A stretch of 54,565 bases of DNA, taken from the IMG/VR virus record IMGVR_UViG_3300017910_000855, positions 1-54,565 of that record; one strand, written 5' to 3'. Shown here in pieces: positions 21,001 through 29,825 of this stretch. The translations under genes and the position numbers were made by a program. The notes under the pieces are model-generated. The model saw only the letters and a list, made by a program, of their open reading frames with translations. It had not been told where the DNA came from and ran no database searches. The number at the start of each line of letters is the position of its first letter. Within the stretch, counting starts at the first letter, position 1. The DNA comes from a virus. Taxonomy: Duplodnaviria; Caudoviricetes.

Positions 21001-24000
21001 AACAATACAAGGCTCATTAAGTATCACAGATTGTAGTGATGTTTGTCAGACTTATACATTAGAGAATACCACTAACAGTGTGAGAGCGGTAGAATACAAA
21101 GACTGTAATGGTGTAACTCAAGGTGCATCTATAGACCCATTTGGCACTCTTACTATTTGTTTAACTGAAATGGTAACAGACCCTAACATTGATTGGTTAG
21201 ATATAAATCTTGTTAGTTGTACGTGTTTAAATATAAGAGTTCAGCAGTGTAGATTAGATGGAGTTGTTGAGCAAGAGGTTTTAACTAACACTCTAAACGC
21301 AAGTGTAGGAGACTTTATATCTATTGATGCTGACCCTAATTGTGCTTGGGAAGTAATTGAACTAACTACTGATGGAGTTACAGGTCCTGATGCAGTGGCT
21401 TTACTAAACATAAACGATTGTACTGAAGTTTGTCAAACTTACACTTTAACAAATGTAGGCACAGGTATAATTTCAGTTAATTATCTTGATTGCGATAACA
21501 ATTCACAAACCATTGGTGTTGAAGTAGGAATCCCTCAAACCATCTGTGCTAAAGATATAACTAATGTACCTGACATTACGGTGGCTTTAACTGATTGTAC
21601 TTGTACAATTGTTCCAAACGAGAAATGGTTAATTCAACTTTGTTTAGACTCTGTATTATTCCCTTCAGGTGGGATAACTGCGATAATAGAAGCTCCAAGC
21701 GGTTTGCTTTCTGTAGGAGATTTTGTTTCAATACAAAACTTTAACCCTCAACCACCTCAACCAAACAATGCAGATTGTGCTTGGCAGGTTATTGGAAGTT
21801 CTGAAAGCAATCCAACTGAAACATTTAAAAACAAATTGAGTATAACTGATTGTACAGACAACTGTGTAACTTACGTAGTTACTCTCGCTCAAGGTGCTCA
21901 ACCTGTAACAATAGAATACATAGATTGTGACGGTAACACACAAACAAATACTCTTGTTAGCGGACAACCGCAAAATAACTATATGTGTTTGAAATCCGTT
22001 GTTTCTATATCAGGAGACACAAATAACATAGATGCTTCTCTTTATAATTGTGGATGTTTGTCTAAAAAACAACTTCGCCTTTGTGAGGGGGGTACAACTT
22101 CTAATCCTGTTCCAACTCAAAACTTAGTTGTGGATGACCCTACATTTGCTATTGACATAGGAGATATAGTTATCGCTAATGATGGTACGTATGAATGTAG
22201 CTATACCGCAATTGACTATGCTCCTGAATTAACCCCTGTTACAGGTACAGTTTCTTCTGTAGACAAGACAGGAGACTGTGCTGATTACTGTAGAGTATAT
22301 AGAGTGTTCGAACAATCAGGAGGAACTCAAAGTGTTACATTTAGAGATTGCTCAAATAGTTCATTGATAATAACTTTCAATTATACCAACACAGGTAGTA
22401 ATCCTCTATTTATTTGTGCAAGGGAAATAATTAATTATTCAGGAAGTCCAAGTATAAGAGTGGAGGAATGCGACTGTGACAACACGTGGTTATTACGTAT
22501 TTGTAGACCACCAAACACAGGTAATGCAACCGGCTCTCCGGATACAATTTATGGAGAAGGAGCTACAAACAACTTGAATATAACTACAGGAGACGTAGTT
22601 AATGTAGGGGGTTGTGCTTATAATGTTATAGCTCAAATGAAAGACCAAAACACCACTCCTGTTACTATAGATTCTATAGCTGCAGTATCAGATTGTGATG
22701 GTGTATGTGTTGAGATGGAAATAACTAACATATCAGGTTCAACTACTTCATCACAAAACTATGTAGACTGTAATGGTGTGACACAAAACACAGGTAGTAT
22801 TGCACCGGGCGATTCACTTACAGTCTGTATGGCAGGTGGACAAGGTGGATGGGTTCCAAGTTTGAATACATCAGTATTTTCTGCAGATGTAGTTGGGTGT
22901 TCTTGTTCAATTGTTCCTACGTATAGGGCAGAAATCGTGAATACTGCAACTTTCTATGGAGGCGGTATAGCTCCCAACAACTATACACTTAACCCTGTGG
23001 TTGATTCGTATTATGTATATGATACACAAAACCAATTAGCAATTAATGACTTTATAGATATAGGTGGTTTGATGTATGAGATAACTCAAACAGAACCTCC
23101 AATGTCTAATCCTCCACTTCCATTGCAGTTTCCACCACCTGCAGGTACATTTACTAAGTTGACAGGAGTGTCTGCATCAGATGCGTGTGCTCAGTATTTA
23201 GTAAAGTGGCTTACTTCAGGAACTTTTTCATACGTTGATTGTAACGGAAATAATGGTGGAATGAGTAGAGCTGCCGGAACTGAAGCAATAATTTGTATGA
23301 GAACCGTGAATCCATCTACTTCTGCGTCTTTTACAATAGACCTTTATGGAAGGGGAGATTGTAACACGGGCATAACGGAAATAAGACAAGCAAGTTTATG
23401 TAATCTTGGTAATCAAACTCCTGACCCTACCGCATTCCCATCAAGTATATTTAATATCCGTTTTGATAATTCATTAGGAAAATATCAAACAGGAGACCAA
23501 GTGTGGGTTGGAGATTACAAATATAATGTAGGTGGAACTACTGTAACTAACCCAACAGATTTATCTTATGTTACAGATTTCCAACCTAATAACTGTGAAA
23601 GCGGTTGTGCTACTTATAGTGTAAGAATGACAAGCGGTAGTGACTTGCTTTCTTATATAGGATGTAACGGAGACACTGAAGCTATAACAGTTACTACTAC
23701 CCCACAAACTATTTGTGCTCAATCTTTTAACTCAGCTTTCCCACCATTAATGCAGGTTACAATGACACAACCTTGTTGTGGATATGGGTATGATACAGGT
23801 ACAAATACTGCAGCAGTATGTAAAGAAATAATGGTTACACGAATCCAAAACACTTACCCTTATGGAGCCGTGTACGCAAGAGATTGTAATTTAGGTAATT
23901 TAGTTACACTTCCTATTAGTGCTCAAGGTTTCTATGACAGAAGTAAAGGATGTATATCTCAAATTACAGGTATTAATGGTTCGGTAAGAATCCAAACAAT

Positions 24001-24772
24001 AAACTGTAACTGTAAAGGATTCAGCAAAGCTGACGGAAACGCTTGTCAATATAAACTTGAAGTAACTCGAATCAACGCAGGTACTTCTTTAGCTCCCGGA
24101 TTGAGCACAACAGAAATTATGGACTCACAATGTCAAACAGGACAACCGGATGCCGGATGGAACGAGTGGCGAGTTGCGGAATTTATCCAATACAGAGACG
24201 TAGTTTGGAGTGGAGAAGAAGCATTTGAAGTAACAGGCTTTGTTGATGCAAGTACACCGACAACTAAGGACCTTACATTTTGGAATAAAGAGATAACAGT
24301 TAATGATGTATGTAATACTTATACAATTAGCAACAGCACAGGTAGTCCACAATCCTTTAGTTATATTGACTGTGGCACAAATACTGAAGTAACTGATACA
24401 ATAGGACCGATTGGAACATTCAAAGTATGTGCTAAACAATTCACATCTTTGCCAAACGGAGTGGGTGCTGAACTTTCAGATGAATGTTGTAGTGCATTTT
24501 TTGGTACAGTAGACTTGTGTAAAATGTATAGATTACGAAACCAAACCTCAAGTCCTATAACTGTAGAGTGGAAAGATTGTGACGGAAATAATCAAACCTA
24601 TACTTTTGGTCAATTTGGTCAAGTTACTGTCTGTGCGAAAGAAATTGTTGCTCTTAATGGAGCAACACAACAAATACAAAGTTGTAATGGGTGTGATGAT
24701 ACGTTGCAGGTTCAAGAGTATTATGGAAGTTGTAATAATTGTCGTCAACCTAATAGTCAACCACCGGTTTAA
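15002..24772 (+). CDS. Tail stabilisation/'muzzle' protein (P22 gp10-like N-terminal part) with a long Cys-rich repeat extension
   Basis: MNKSLDERLLPNGQYVDALNVR start, LFFTDDLNPPRVIN, RLYDNVPRLAQAQTIMGNRLMYGDY, GISFHPES..FFTDAKRGAV; about 13 Cys-rich repeats from ~19628. Confidence 0.8.
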   Translation: MANVQRNFIKGVMNKSLDERLLPNGQYVDALNVRLGSTEDSEIGSVENSKGNSKLTSLEYNGNVVGQTGQAKCIGAYEDGANETLYWFVHDPDFQSSPTNKIDLIVSLNVQTNVLTYHVISVDDGGGINTTLNFNDTYLITGVNLVDNTLLFFTDDLNPPRVINVTKNYPNPVALVDGFTPNSILVIKKPPLNSPNVVAQPTSSQNNFLEDRFVCFAYRYKYADGEYSATSQFSNPAFLPGAFDYSFATGLNEGMLNLANQATIEYNSGDDLVVGIDLLWKDNATGLIRVIEKLDKSVLGLINNTNYTYTFSNSKVFTVLPDSEILRLYDNVPRLAQAQTIMGNRLMYGDYLEQYNLVSKSGFPLNLDYTVEKISNDVGLSELEDELTTGNYLINGNQTADNAIITFKDIGLLDLKAGAAIDFTIVFEHFAFTGQAPFPQQTTGQSEINFQYVLPQDFASAFELANSVDFIEKIGTITNIEPVATACDGSTFTDLFNCIIPQTLDTLEKYESGIDAVGEPIRIISSPGSDDIGFQLPAMSFVDDPTGAAITQTVYEYYSIISSQGTFQELGDPKSLHSNRSYEIGIIYMDEFNRATTALVSDTNTIHVPCSDSELANSIRVTIPPTQQAPEWARRYKFCIKANKENYFNVYSSFFFRDPTTSADYFLLEGQNSRKVEEGDILTVKADTNGPLRRCANATVLEKKSQPADFLGNEDDGAPPLDPSGAIIPIPAGVYMKLRANEFSTTVPELPTVNFGEKSSKGSGCRIVHYPVQIEDPSTPGTYIDYTIPAGSRIRIVIDNYRRGNTDKLFGGVSKKIWFVDADFTASQDYPNFVDWFNGDNVALALQQQGSDEGTGVSGPNYNPVLDGGLLSCETGRISCVFETPAASGQPQNTFTVKSSKGYSGSNKNARLKVRIEVLRSTSFIAFETEPQDAQPDVWFESSKSYEIAQANSCVFTFNASGAETGPIQFDYTDLAGLPASVILQPGTNQEVVGECGSASINPSTPASQPTTVITSATQAEGTHLGNVQNQTTTDPAIIDTAFFNCYSFGNGVESYVIRDAIAKNEVALGNRVTSTSAQDYQEIRRFSDITYSGVFNDESNVNKLNEFNLGLLNFKSLEETYGPIYLIDGRETDILVLQEDKISYVLTGKNLLSDSTGGGSVSSVPEVLGTQIARIEEYGISFHPESYAKWGANKFFTDAKRGAVIQLKGSSAQNEQLTVISEAGMRSWFRDLFSSSFNTQKLGGFDPYMNEYVLSSNTEFVPEIVECIDCGISRTVIATSTQDVNFCVNVGALVGDSIVTYNVIGANQDTFDISATYDGTTVTSGPTGVSGSLTVVKDDIAVDEVEIQVTSTGSTQLEITVECPFAQEITIIQVCYSLDADAGEFIHNEYRWADGAFNSPLQSEQVELVSGISNPLISQYSQVTGPQGGGFIPADGATISIISNRIPPIDDYVFDPAVDELRYLRTNTFFANTPNDMAALLAASNNATPITGGPNQFEAQFTMPSTNDEYLYLIYNYRRATEVQLCAGTSIFSVCCECTEENLIVRQCRQDFPAVSNQYVIPQTAGLVPGVFVTIDQADSDCVFEVITTTIESVNAAVTSVRNDITDCDEVCQQYIITNNSTTSTLGATYVDCDDDDVSFALQPLQSETVCAKVFNITPGPGIDYSISLQNCECQTPEPPNNFDVRQCRLDGVVVNEVVSGIPGVQTGSFVTLTSPADCVYEVFGTTGQQPSASINQLLNITSCTDVCQQYSVFNNSPDQSHVLDFINCDDEGDQVTIGIGQTVVLCMKDIIGTPSTELDITLDNCLCNQNFYDAQLCEISAVTDVPLNVDPLVVVADPTNQLAIGYHVFINGCAYEIQATSSGPATATYSSFSASFNCNDACNTYEIDNVTAFTWTLNYKDCNGVSQTENISPGTTIDRCISEWTGGQPAGVVIRHKSCGCNLDQNLVLRKCRQDGVITEVIAPNDTGAIVVGDFVVIASDPDCPYEVVNVTFDSPNATIQGSLSITDCSDVCQTYTLENTTNSVRAVEYKDCNGVTQGASIDPFGTLTICLTEMVTDPNIDWLDINLVSCTCLNIRVQQCRLDGVVEQEVLTNTLNASVGDFISIDADPNCAWEVIELTTDGVTGPDAVALLNINDCTEVCQTYTLTNVGTGIISVNYLDCDNNSQTIGVEVGIPQTICAKDITNVPDITVALTDCTCTIVPNEKWLIQLCLDSVLFPSGGITAIIEAPSGLLSVGDFVSIQNFNPQPPQPNNADCAWQVIGSSESNPTETFKNKLSITDCTDNCVTYVVTLAQGAQPVTIEYIDCDGNTQTNTLVSGQPQNNYMCLKSVVSISGDTNNIDASLYNCGCLSKKQLRLCEGGTTSNPVPTQNLVVDDPTFAIDIGDIVIANDGTYECSYTAIDYAPELTPVTGTVSSVDKTGDCADYCRVYRVFEQSGGTQSVTFRDCSNSSLIITFNYTNTGSNPLFICAREIINYSGSPSIRVEECDCDNTWLLRICRPPNTGNATGSPDTIYGEGATNNLNITTGDVVNVGGCAYNVIAQMKDQNTTPVTIDSIAAVSDCDGVCVEMEITNISGSTTSSQNYVDCNGVTQNTGSIAPGDSLTVCMAGGQGGWVPSLNTSVFSADVVGCSCSIVPTYRAEIVNTATFYGGGIAPNNYTLNPVVDSYYVYDTQNQLAINDFIDIGGLMYEITQTEPPMSNPPLPLQFPPPAGTFTKLTGVSASDACAQYLVKWLTSGTFSYVDCNGNNGGMSRAAGTEAIICMRTVNPSTSASFTIDLYGRGDCNTGITEIRQASLCNLGNQTPDPTAFPSSIFNIRFDNSLGKYQTGDQVWVGDYKYNVGGTTVTNPTDLSYVTDFQPNNCESGCATYSVRMTSGSDLLSYIGCNGDTEAITVTTTPQTICAQSFNSAFPPLMQVTMTQPCCGYGYDTGTNTAAVCKEIMVTRIQNTYPYGAVYARDCNLGNLVTLPISAQGFYDRSKGCISQITGINGSVRIQTINCNCKGFSKADGNACQYKLEVTRINAGTSLAPGLSTTEIMDSQCQTGQPDAGWNEWRVAEFIQYRDVVWSGEEAFEVTGFVDASTPTTKDLTFWNKEITVNDVCNTYTISNSTGSPQSFSYIDCGTNTEVTDTIGPIGTFKVCAKQFTSLPNGVGAELSDECCSAFFGTVDLCKMYRLRNQTSSPITVEWKDCDGNNQTYTFGQFGQVTVCAKEIVALNGATQQIQSCNGCDDTLQVQEYYGSCNNCRQPNSQPPV
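19628..24772 (+). repeat. Tandem protein-level Cys-rich repeats (~125-150 aa units, about 13 copies of the core module)
   Basis: Recurrent pattern xRxC...GDFV...C.YEV...DC..VC..Y...N....Y.DC.G....I.P....IC....C.C. Confidence 0.9.
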
Positions 24773-24782
24773 AATTTAATAT

Positions 24783-25706
24783 ATGGCAGCATTTGGAAAT
24801 TATTTTATTGATTCAACAACACTTGCATTAGCAACCGCAGTGTTTACAGATAACGCATTGTCTAATCCTGCACCTGACGGATTTTATTCTCAAGGTACAG
24901 TGGTTAGAGAGCAAGTTAATGGATTATTAACTGCAGTTCAAACGTGTCCGAGTTGTACGTTCCCTTGTGGACAAGGTATATCCGCAGGTGGTGGACAAGG
25001 TATCTATGATGTAAACTTTAGTGCAGGTAACTCTACAGGTCCTGTAATTATATATTTTCAGGTAACATCTATCCCTGATGGTATAAGGATATTATACAAT
25101 AATACTTATTATAATGAGCTGACCACAACTAACTTTGGATATGCAGCATCTCAAACTGCTTCGAATTATACATACATTGGTAACACCGGTAATGATTGTG
25201 GTATTGCAGCTACACTAAACGCAGGTGGGTATCAGAACCTTAATGAATTTAATTGGAATGGTGCATCTTTTGATACTGTAGGCACAACAGGTGTGGTTAC
25301 AGGAGCAGGAACAGATGTTCAATTAACAAATGGAAATCCGGGATGGGCAACTATATATTTCCCAAAAACTCTTCAGACACCTGAAGATGCTTTGATTCAG
25401 ATATTCGGTCCTTGTAATCAAACAGGATGGGATATAGAAATAAATTGTCCTGTGCCATTGACAGGTGTTCCAACATCAGGTCTTGCACCCGGTCCTTGTT
25501 TAACAGAGAATTTACCTAACACTTACTATAACATTCCAAATAGAGGTGGTGTCGCAGGAGACCCTCAAATAAATGAGTTTTACGTAAGTGATGCTAATGG
25601 GGTTAATAAAGTTTTATCAGGTACTTATATTATTGAAGTATCAGGTGTAAGAAAAGAAATTGTAGTAGATGTAAATGGGGTAATTACAAGTGTTACTACG
25701 TGCTAA
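24783..25706 (+). CDS. Probable tail appendage/fibre-associated protein
   Basis: APDGFYS, CPSCTFPCG, beta-rich; ends VDVNGVITSVTTC; lies within the tail module. Confidence 0.6.
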   Translation: MAAFGNYFIDSTTLALATAVFTDNALSNPAPDGFYSQGTVVREQVNGLLTAVQTCPSCTFPCGQGISAGGGQGIYDVNFSAGNSTGPVIIYFQVTSIPDGIRILYNNTYYNELTTTNFGYAASQTASNYTYIGNTGNDCGIAATLNAGGYQNLNEFNWNGASFDTVGTTGVVTGAGTDVQLTNGNPGWATIYFPKTLQTPEDALIQIFGPCNQTGWDIEINCPVPLTGVPTSGLAPGPCLTENLPNTYYNIPNRGGVAGDPQINEFYVSDANGVNKVLSGTYIIEVSGVRKEIVVDVNGVITSVTTC

Positions 25707-25708
25707 AA

Positions 25709-25724
25709 GTGTCTTTAAAGACAC
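25709..25724. repeat. 16-bp palindrome copy 3 (perfectly symmetric variant, intergenic)
   Basis: GTGTCTTTAAAGACAC between stop 25706 and ATG 25739. Confidence 0.95.
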
Positions 25725-25738
25725 AAAAAATTTAAGAT

Positions 25739-26554
25739 ATGAGTCAAAATTATACATTAACATATAGCGAAACATCACAAGGGTTTCCTTCGTTTTATTC
25801 TTTTTTTCCTGATTATATGATTGGGATGAATCAGTTTTTTTATACGTTCAAAAACGGAAACTTATATAAGCATAATACCAACAATAACTATAACACTTTT
25901 TATGGAACTACTTATCCCTCTACTATAACAAGTGTATTCAATGACCAACCGTTGGAGAATAAAATTTTTAAAACTTTAAATTTAGAAGGAGATGATTCGT
26001 GGTCAGCAGAGTTAACTACTGATATACAAACCACAGGGTTTATTGATGATGATTGGTTTGAAAAAAAGGAAGCAGCTTGGTTTGCGTTTGTTAGAACTGA
26101 TGGACCAACAGGTGCTAACACCGTTGAAACCGAGTGGGAGTTACGCTCTTTAAATGGTATAGGTAGAAGTATTGCCGTTACAGGTATTCCAACTAACCCT
26201 GTAATAGATTTTGATTTAGCAATTAACATTGGAAGTATAATAAGTGTAGGAGATAATTTATATTTTTCTGTTCCACCCTATGATACCCCTCAATTCGCAG
26301 GTGTAGTTACTGATATTAATGTAAATAAAGTATTAGGATTAAATAGATTAATTGTAAACGCTACAGTACCGGGAGCAGTAGTTCCGATACCTTTGCAAGA
26401 TGCTTACTATCTGTATATTAAGAATCCTATAGCGGAATCACACGGTTTATTAGGTCACTATTGTGAGTTTAAATTAACTCTTTCTTCAACTAAAGCTATT
26501 GAGCCATCAGAGTTATTTGCGGTAGAATCAGAAGTAATGAAATCATTCCCCTAA
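25739..26554 (+). CDS. Tail protein resembling the C-terminal part of the stabilisation/muzzle protein
   Basis: TLTYSE..QGFPSFYSF.P, YTFKNGNLYKHN, FND.PLENKIFKTLNLEG, FEKKEAAWFA. Confidence 0.6.
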   Translation: MSQNYTLTYSETSQGFPSFYSFFPDYMIGMNQFFYTFKNGNLYKHNTNNNYNTFYGTTYPSTITSVFNDQPLENKIFKTLNLEGDDSWSAELTTDIQTTGFIDDDWFEKKEAAWFAFVRTDGPTGANTVETEWELRSLNGIGRSIAVTGIPTNPVIDFDLAINIGSIISVGDNLYFSVPPYDTPQFAGVVTDINVNKVLGLNRLIVNATVPGAVVPIPLQDAYYLYIKNPIAESHGLLGHYCEFKLTLSSTKAIEPSELFAVESEVMKSFP

Positions 26555-26561
26555 AAATTAC

Positions 26562-26569
26562 TATCTTTG
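26562..26569 (+). promoter_or_regulatory. Bacteroidota-type -7 promoter element TATCTTTG
   Basis: TAnnTTTG, intergenic, only 7 nt before ATG 26577 (near-leaderless if real). Confidence 0.5.
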
Positions 26570-26576
26570 TAGTTAA

Positions 26577-26990
26577 ATGGAATTAAGTATAAGACCGTTA
26601 ATAGACGGAGATTATGAAACCATTCTAAAGCAATGGTGGATAGATTGGGGATGGGAACCTCCACAGAAAGATTTCCTTCCGCAAGAAGGCACCGGTGGTT
26701 TAATGATTATGGATGGCGACACTCCGGTTTGTGCGGGTTTTATCTATACATCCAACTCAAGTGTGGCTTGGGTAGATTGGATAGTATCCAATAAAAACTA
26801 TAGAAAAAAACCTGAACGTGCTAACTCTATTAAATGGCTTATAAGTAGTTTAGAAAGTTTAGCAAAAAGAACAGGACATAAATATGTTTATGCTCTTATA
26901 AAACATAAAGCATTGATTGGTGTATATGAAAGTCTTGGCTTTACAAAAGGAGACGCTTACACTACAGAACTAATTAAAACGATTAATTAA
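26577..26990 (+). CDS. GNAT-fold acetyltransferase-like protein (positional analogue of T7 gp13)
   Basis: IRPL start, PVCAGFIY, WIVSNKNYRK, VYESLGF; precedes the internal virion proteins. Confidence 0.7.
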   Translation: MELSIRPLIDGDYETILKQWWIDWGWEPPQKDFLPQEGTGGLMIMDGDTPVCAGFIYTSNSSVAWVDWIVSNKNYRKKPERANSIKWLISSLESLAKRTGHKYVYALIKHKALIGVYESLGFTKGDAYTTELIKTIN

Positions 26991-26991
26991 T

Positions 26992-27888
26992 ATGGCAATA
27001 GCAACTACAACGGCATTAGCAATTGGAAGTTTAGCAGTCTCTGCAGGTAGTGCTGCAATGTCATTTGGTCAAGCCGGTGTTCAAAAACGTAAACAAGAAG
27101 AAGCCGAGCGTAAAGCTGCTCAAATGATGAAAGATGCTCGTGCTAAACTCGATGTAAATTATATGGAAGACCTTGATATAAACAAGGAGATATATGATAT
27201 GCAGAGAGATAAGGTTTTACAACAAACCGCAGGTCTTACCCAAGCAGGTATTGAAGGAGATGCAAGAGGTGCTGCAGCAACTGCCGGAAGAGTAGCACAA
27301 GCAGGTGCTGAAGGACAAAGAGCGGTTCGTGCTTCACAAGAACAAGAGTTGAATAAGTTGGAGCAACTAACTGCAAAAGAAGATTCTCGTCTTAGAGATA
27401 TGGGTGTTCAATTAGATTTAGGCGAACTTGCCGGAGCACAACAGGCAGCAGCCGATGCACAACGAGCTCGTGCTGCCGCTCAACAACAAGGGTTTCAATC
27501 TGCAACTTCCGCAGCGATGCAAGGAATACAATTAGCAGTTCCATTATTTAGTGGTGGAGCAGGTGCTCAAAAAGAAGCTCTAAGTAATATGGACTTTTCA
27601 GGAGAACAATTTGCAGATTTTAAAGTAGGAGACCAAAACATTGCTGATGTTAATTTTGCAGATATGAGTAGAGGAGATTTCAGACAGTTTCAAAAAAGTT
27701 TAGACCCTACTCAATCACAACTCATTTTTGGAAGCGAACAGTTTCAAACTGCTTTTGATGCAGCAAAACCTAAAGAGATAGGAAACCCATTTGGATTACA
27801 GTATGGTTCAGGAATGGCAGGAGCAAGTCAAATGGACCCTGAAATGATGAGACAGTTTATGTTATTTCAACAAATGATGAACCGATAA
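26992..27888 (+). CDS. Internal virion (ejection) protein 1
   Basis: Ala/Gln/Gly-rich helical protein with hydrophobic N-terminus, typical of podoviral ejected proteins. Confidence 0.65.
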   Translation: MAIATTTALAIGSLAVSAGSAAMSFGQAGVQKRKQEEAERKAAQMMKDARAKLDVNYMEDLDINKEIYDMQRDKVLQQTAGLTQAGIEGDARGAAATAGRVAQAGAEGQRAVRASQEQELNKLEQLTAKEDSRLRDMGVQLDLGELAGAQQAAADAQRARAAAQQQGFQSATSAAMQGIQLAVPLFSGGAGAQKEALSNMDFSGEQFADFKVGDQNIADVNFADMSRGDFRQFQKSLDPTQSQLIFGSEQFQTAFDAAKPKEIGNPFGLQYGSGMAGASQMDPEMMRQFMLFQQMMNR

Positions 27889-27891
27889 CAT

Positions 27892-29823
27892 ATGAGTACG
27901 TATTATAAATATGTCGAACGGAGTGTAGACGACCAAATAAATTGGGCAGAAGTTGGAAAGAATATGTCCGATATGCTCAAGAATGAAGCTGCTGCTCGTG
28001 AAGCAAAGAAGGCAGAAATTAATGAGGCTTCAAGGCAGTTTGGTTTAGACCTATCTAATGCACCTACAGGGGATTACGATGCAGGTAATACGTTTGCTGC
28101 AGAATATGCAAACGGAATGCAAGAGTACAGACTAATGCAAGACCGTATGTTAAAAAACGGTACATTAAGTTTGAGAGATTATGCACGTAACAGAGCAAAC
28201 TCCACAGATGGAACAACTCAAATGTTCGACCTTGCAAAAGAATACCAAGCTGAATATAGTGAAAAAATGAAGAGATGGGAAGGAGATGAGTCTTCTTTCC
28301 GTGAGGTTTGGGAAATGGAACAAGCTGAAGGTCTTGGCAATTTAAGAGACGTGGGTGGGTATATCAATCCAACTAACGGAGTTATTAGTATAGGAAAAAA
28401 AGTTGCAGGAAAAGATGGTGTAAAACGATTAAGTTCAGACCCTAATGATTTTGTAACAGTTCCTGAAATGAAAAACAGGTTAAAAGCAAAATATAATAGG
28501 TTTGATGTTCTTGCTTCAACTGAAAACGCAGCAGATTCACTTGGAGAATTTAAAAGAGATGTAGTAAAGTATGCTCAACAAGGAAGTTTGAATAGTATAT
28601 TAAGTACCATTGATGCAAAAGATGGAGATTACGGTCTTGAAGGAGAACAGTTTGCAGCTAATTACAGAGCTTGGGAAGATGACCAAGTTTCGTCAATGAT
28701 GGTAAACCCAAACGATGTATCATCTGTACTTACTGACTATAAACTTAACGGTCCAAACGGACAGAAATATAGCTTCACGTATGACAAAGAGGCTTTTGAT
28801 AATCAAGGTGCGGATGGTAATTTAATCTTTTTAGACCGTTCCGAGAACCCTGCAGGTACACCTGTATTCACTTCTAAACAAGAAACGGAAGTAAAAGAAG
28901 CATTGAAGGTAGCAATACGTTCACAAATTGATGATAAAATAGAGCGTAAGGCTGCAGGATTTACACCGTATGAACCACAAGCAAGAACCACTAAAGCAGA
29001 CAGAGATACCTCACAAGAAAACATTGTAACTGAATTTAGTAGATTATTCTATGATGATGCAGACGGTAAGAAAACTGCAGCAGATGCAATACGTGCTTAC
29101 AATCCTAATATCAAATCAATCTTACCAAGCGAAGATGGAAACTCTGTTATCTTTACAATGAATGATGGTACAACAGAAACTATTCGATTAGATGACACCA
29201 ATGAGATTGACTTCATTAAGCGTGGTGCCAACTTTGCATTGCCACAAGACAAAAAGATTGCAGACATTGATGAGGTTGTAAGACGTAGTGGTAAGTTTAA
29301 ATATGATGAAGACGGAAACTTAGTATTAAGACCTGCATCATTAAATGTCAGCTTTGATTCTCAAGGAGGACAAGTAACTACACTACCATTTAACGAAGCC
29401 TTTATCGCAAATGAAGGTAAGAAAATTAGTGGTCCAACTATCTTGAAAGATGCAGGTGCAGCAATGACAGAAGCTCAAGAAGATGAGGCATTAGCTGCAT
29501 TAAATCAAATGATTACTTCTATACCGGGTCTTAGTAAAAATAACGTAACCACTCGTGGTTTCTATGCAGGAGGTGGAAAAGGTATAAGAGTAACTATTGA
29601 TGGTAAAACTTTTGACATAGAACTTGATGACGCTACTAAAGCTCCTGAGCAATTTGAGAAAGTCAAGAAAGCTCTGTTAGACCAAGCAGTAAAAAGTCAA
29701 GCTCTTCTTTTAGATGAAAAAGGAAAAGAAGAATACGTAAGTAATTATGGTACAGTAAAACCTAACACAGGAGCACAAGGCGGAAACGTATCATCCGGTT
29801 CTGTTCCACGAAGAAACAACTAA
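27892..29823 (+). CDS. Internal virion (ejection) protein 2
   Basis: 643 aa, Cys-free, helical; lies between ejection protein 1 and the giant protein. Confidence 0.6.
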   Translation: MSTYYKYVERSVDDQINWAEVGKNMSDMLKNEAAAREAKKAEINEASRQFGLDLSNAPTGDYDAGNTFAAEYANGMQEYRLMQDRMLKNGTLSLRDYARNRANSTDGTTQMFDLAKEYQAEYSEKMKRWEGDESSFREVWEMEQAEGLGNLRDVGGYINPTNGVISIGKKVAGKDGVKRLSSDPNDFVTVPEMKNRLKAKYNRFDVLASTENAADSLGEFKRDVVKYAQQGSLNSILSTIDAKDGDYGLEGEQFAANYRAWEDDQVSSMMVNPNDVSSVLTDYKLNGPNGQKYSFTYDKEAFDNQGADGNLIFLDRSENPAGTPVFTSKQETEVKEALKVAIRSQIDDKIERKAAGFTPYEPQARTTKADRDTSQENIVTEFSRLFYDDADGKKTAADAIRAYNPNIKSILPSEDGNSVIFTMNDGTTETIRLDDTNEIDFIKRGANFALPQDKKIADIDEVVRRSGKFKYDEDGNLVLRPASLNVSFDSQGGQVTTLPFNEAFIANEGKKISGPTILKDAGAAMTEAQEDEALAALNQMITSIPGLSKNNVTTRGFYAGGGKGIRVTIDGKTFDIELDDATKAPEQFEKVKKALLDQAVKSQALLLDEKGKEEYVSNYGTVKPNTGAQGGNVSSGSVPRRNN

Positions 29824-29825
29824 TA

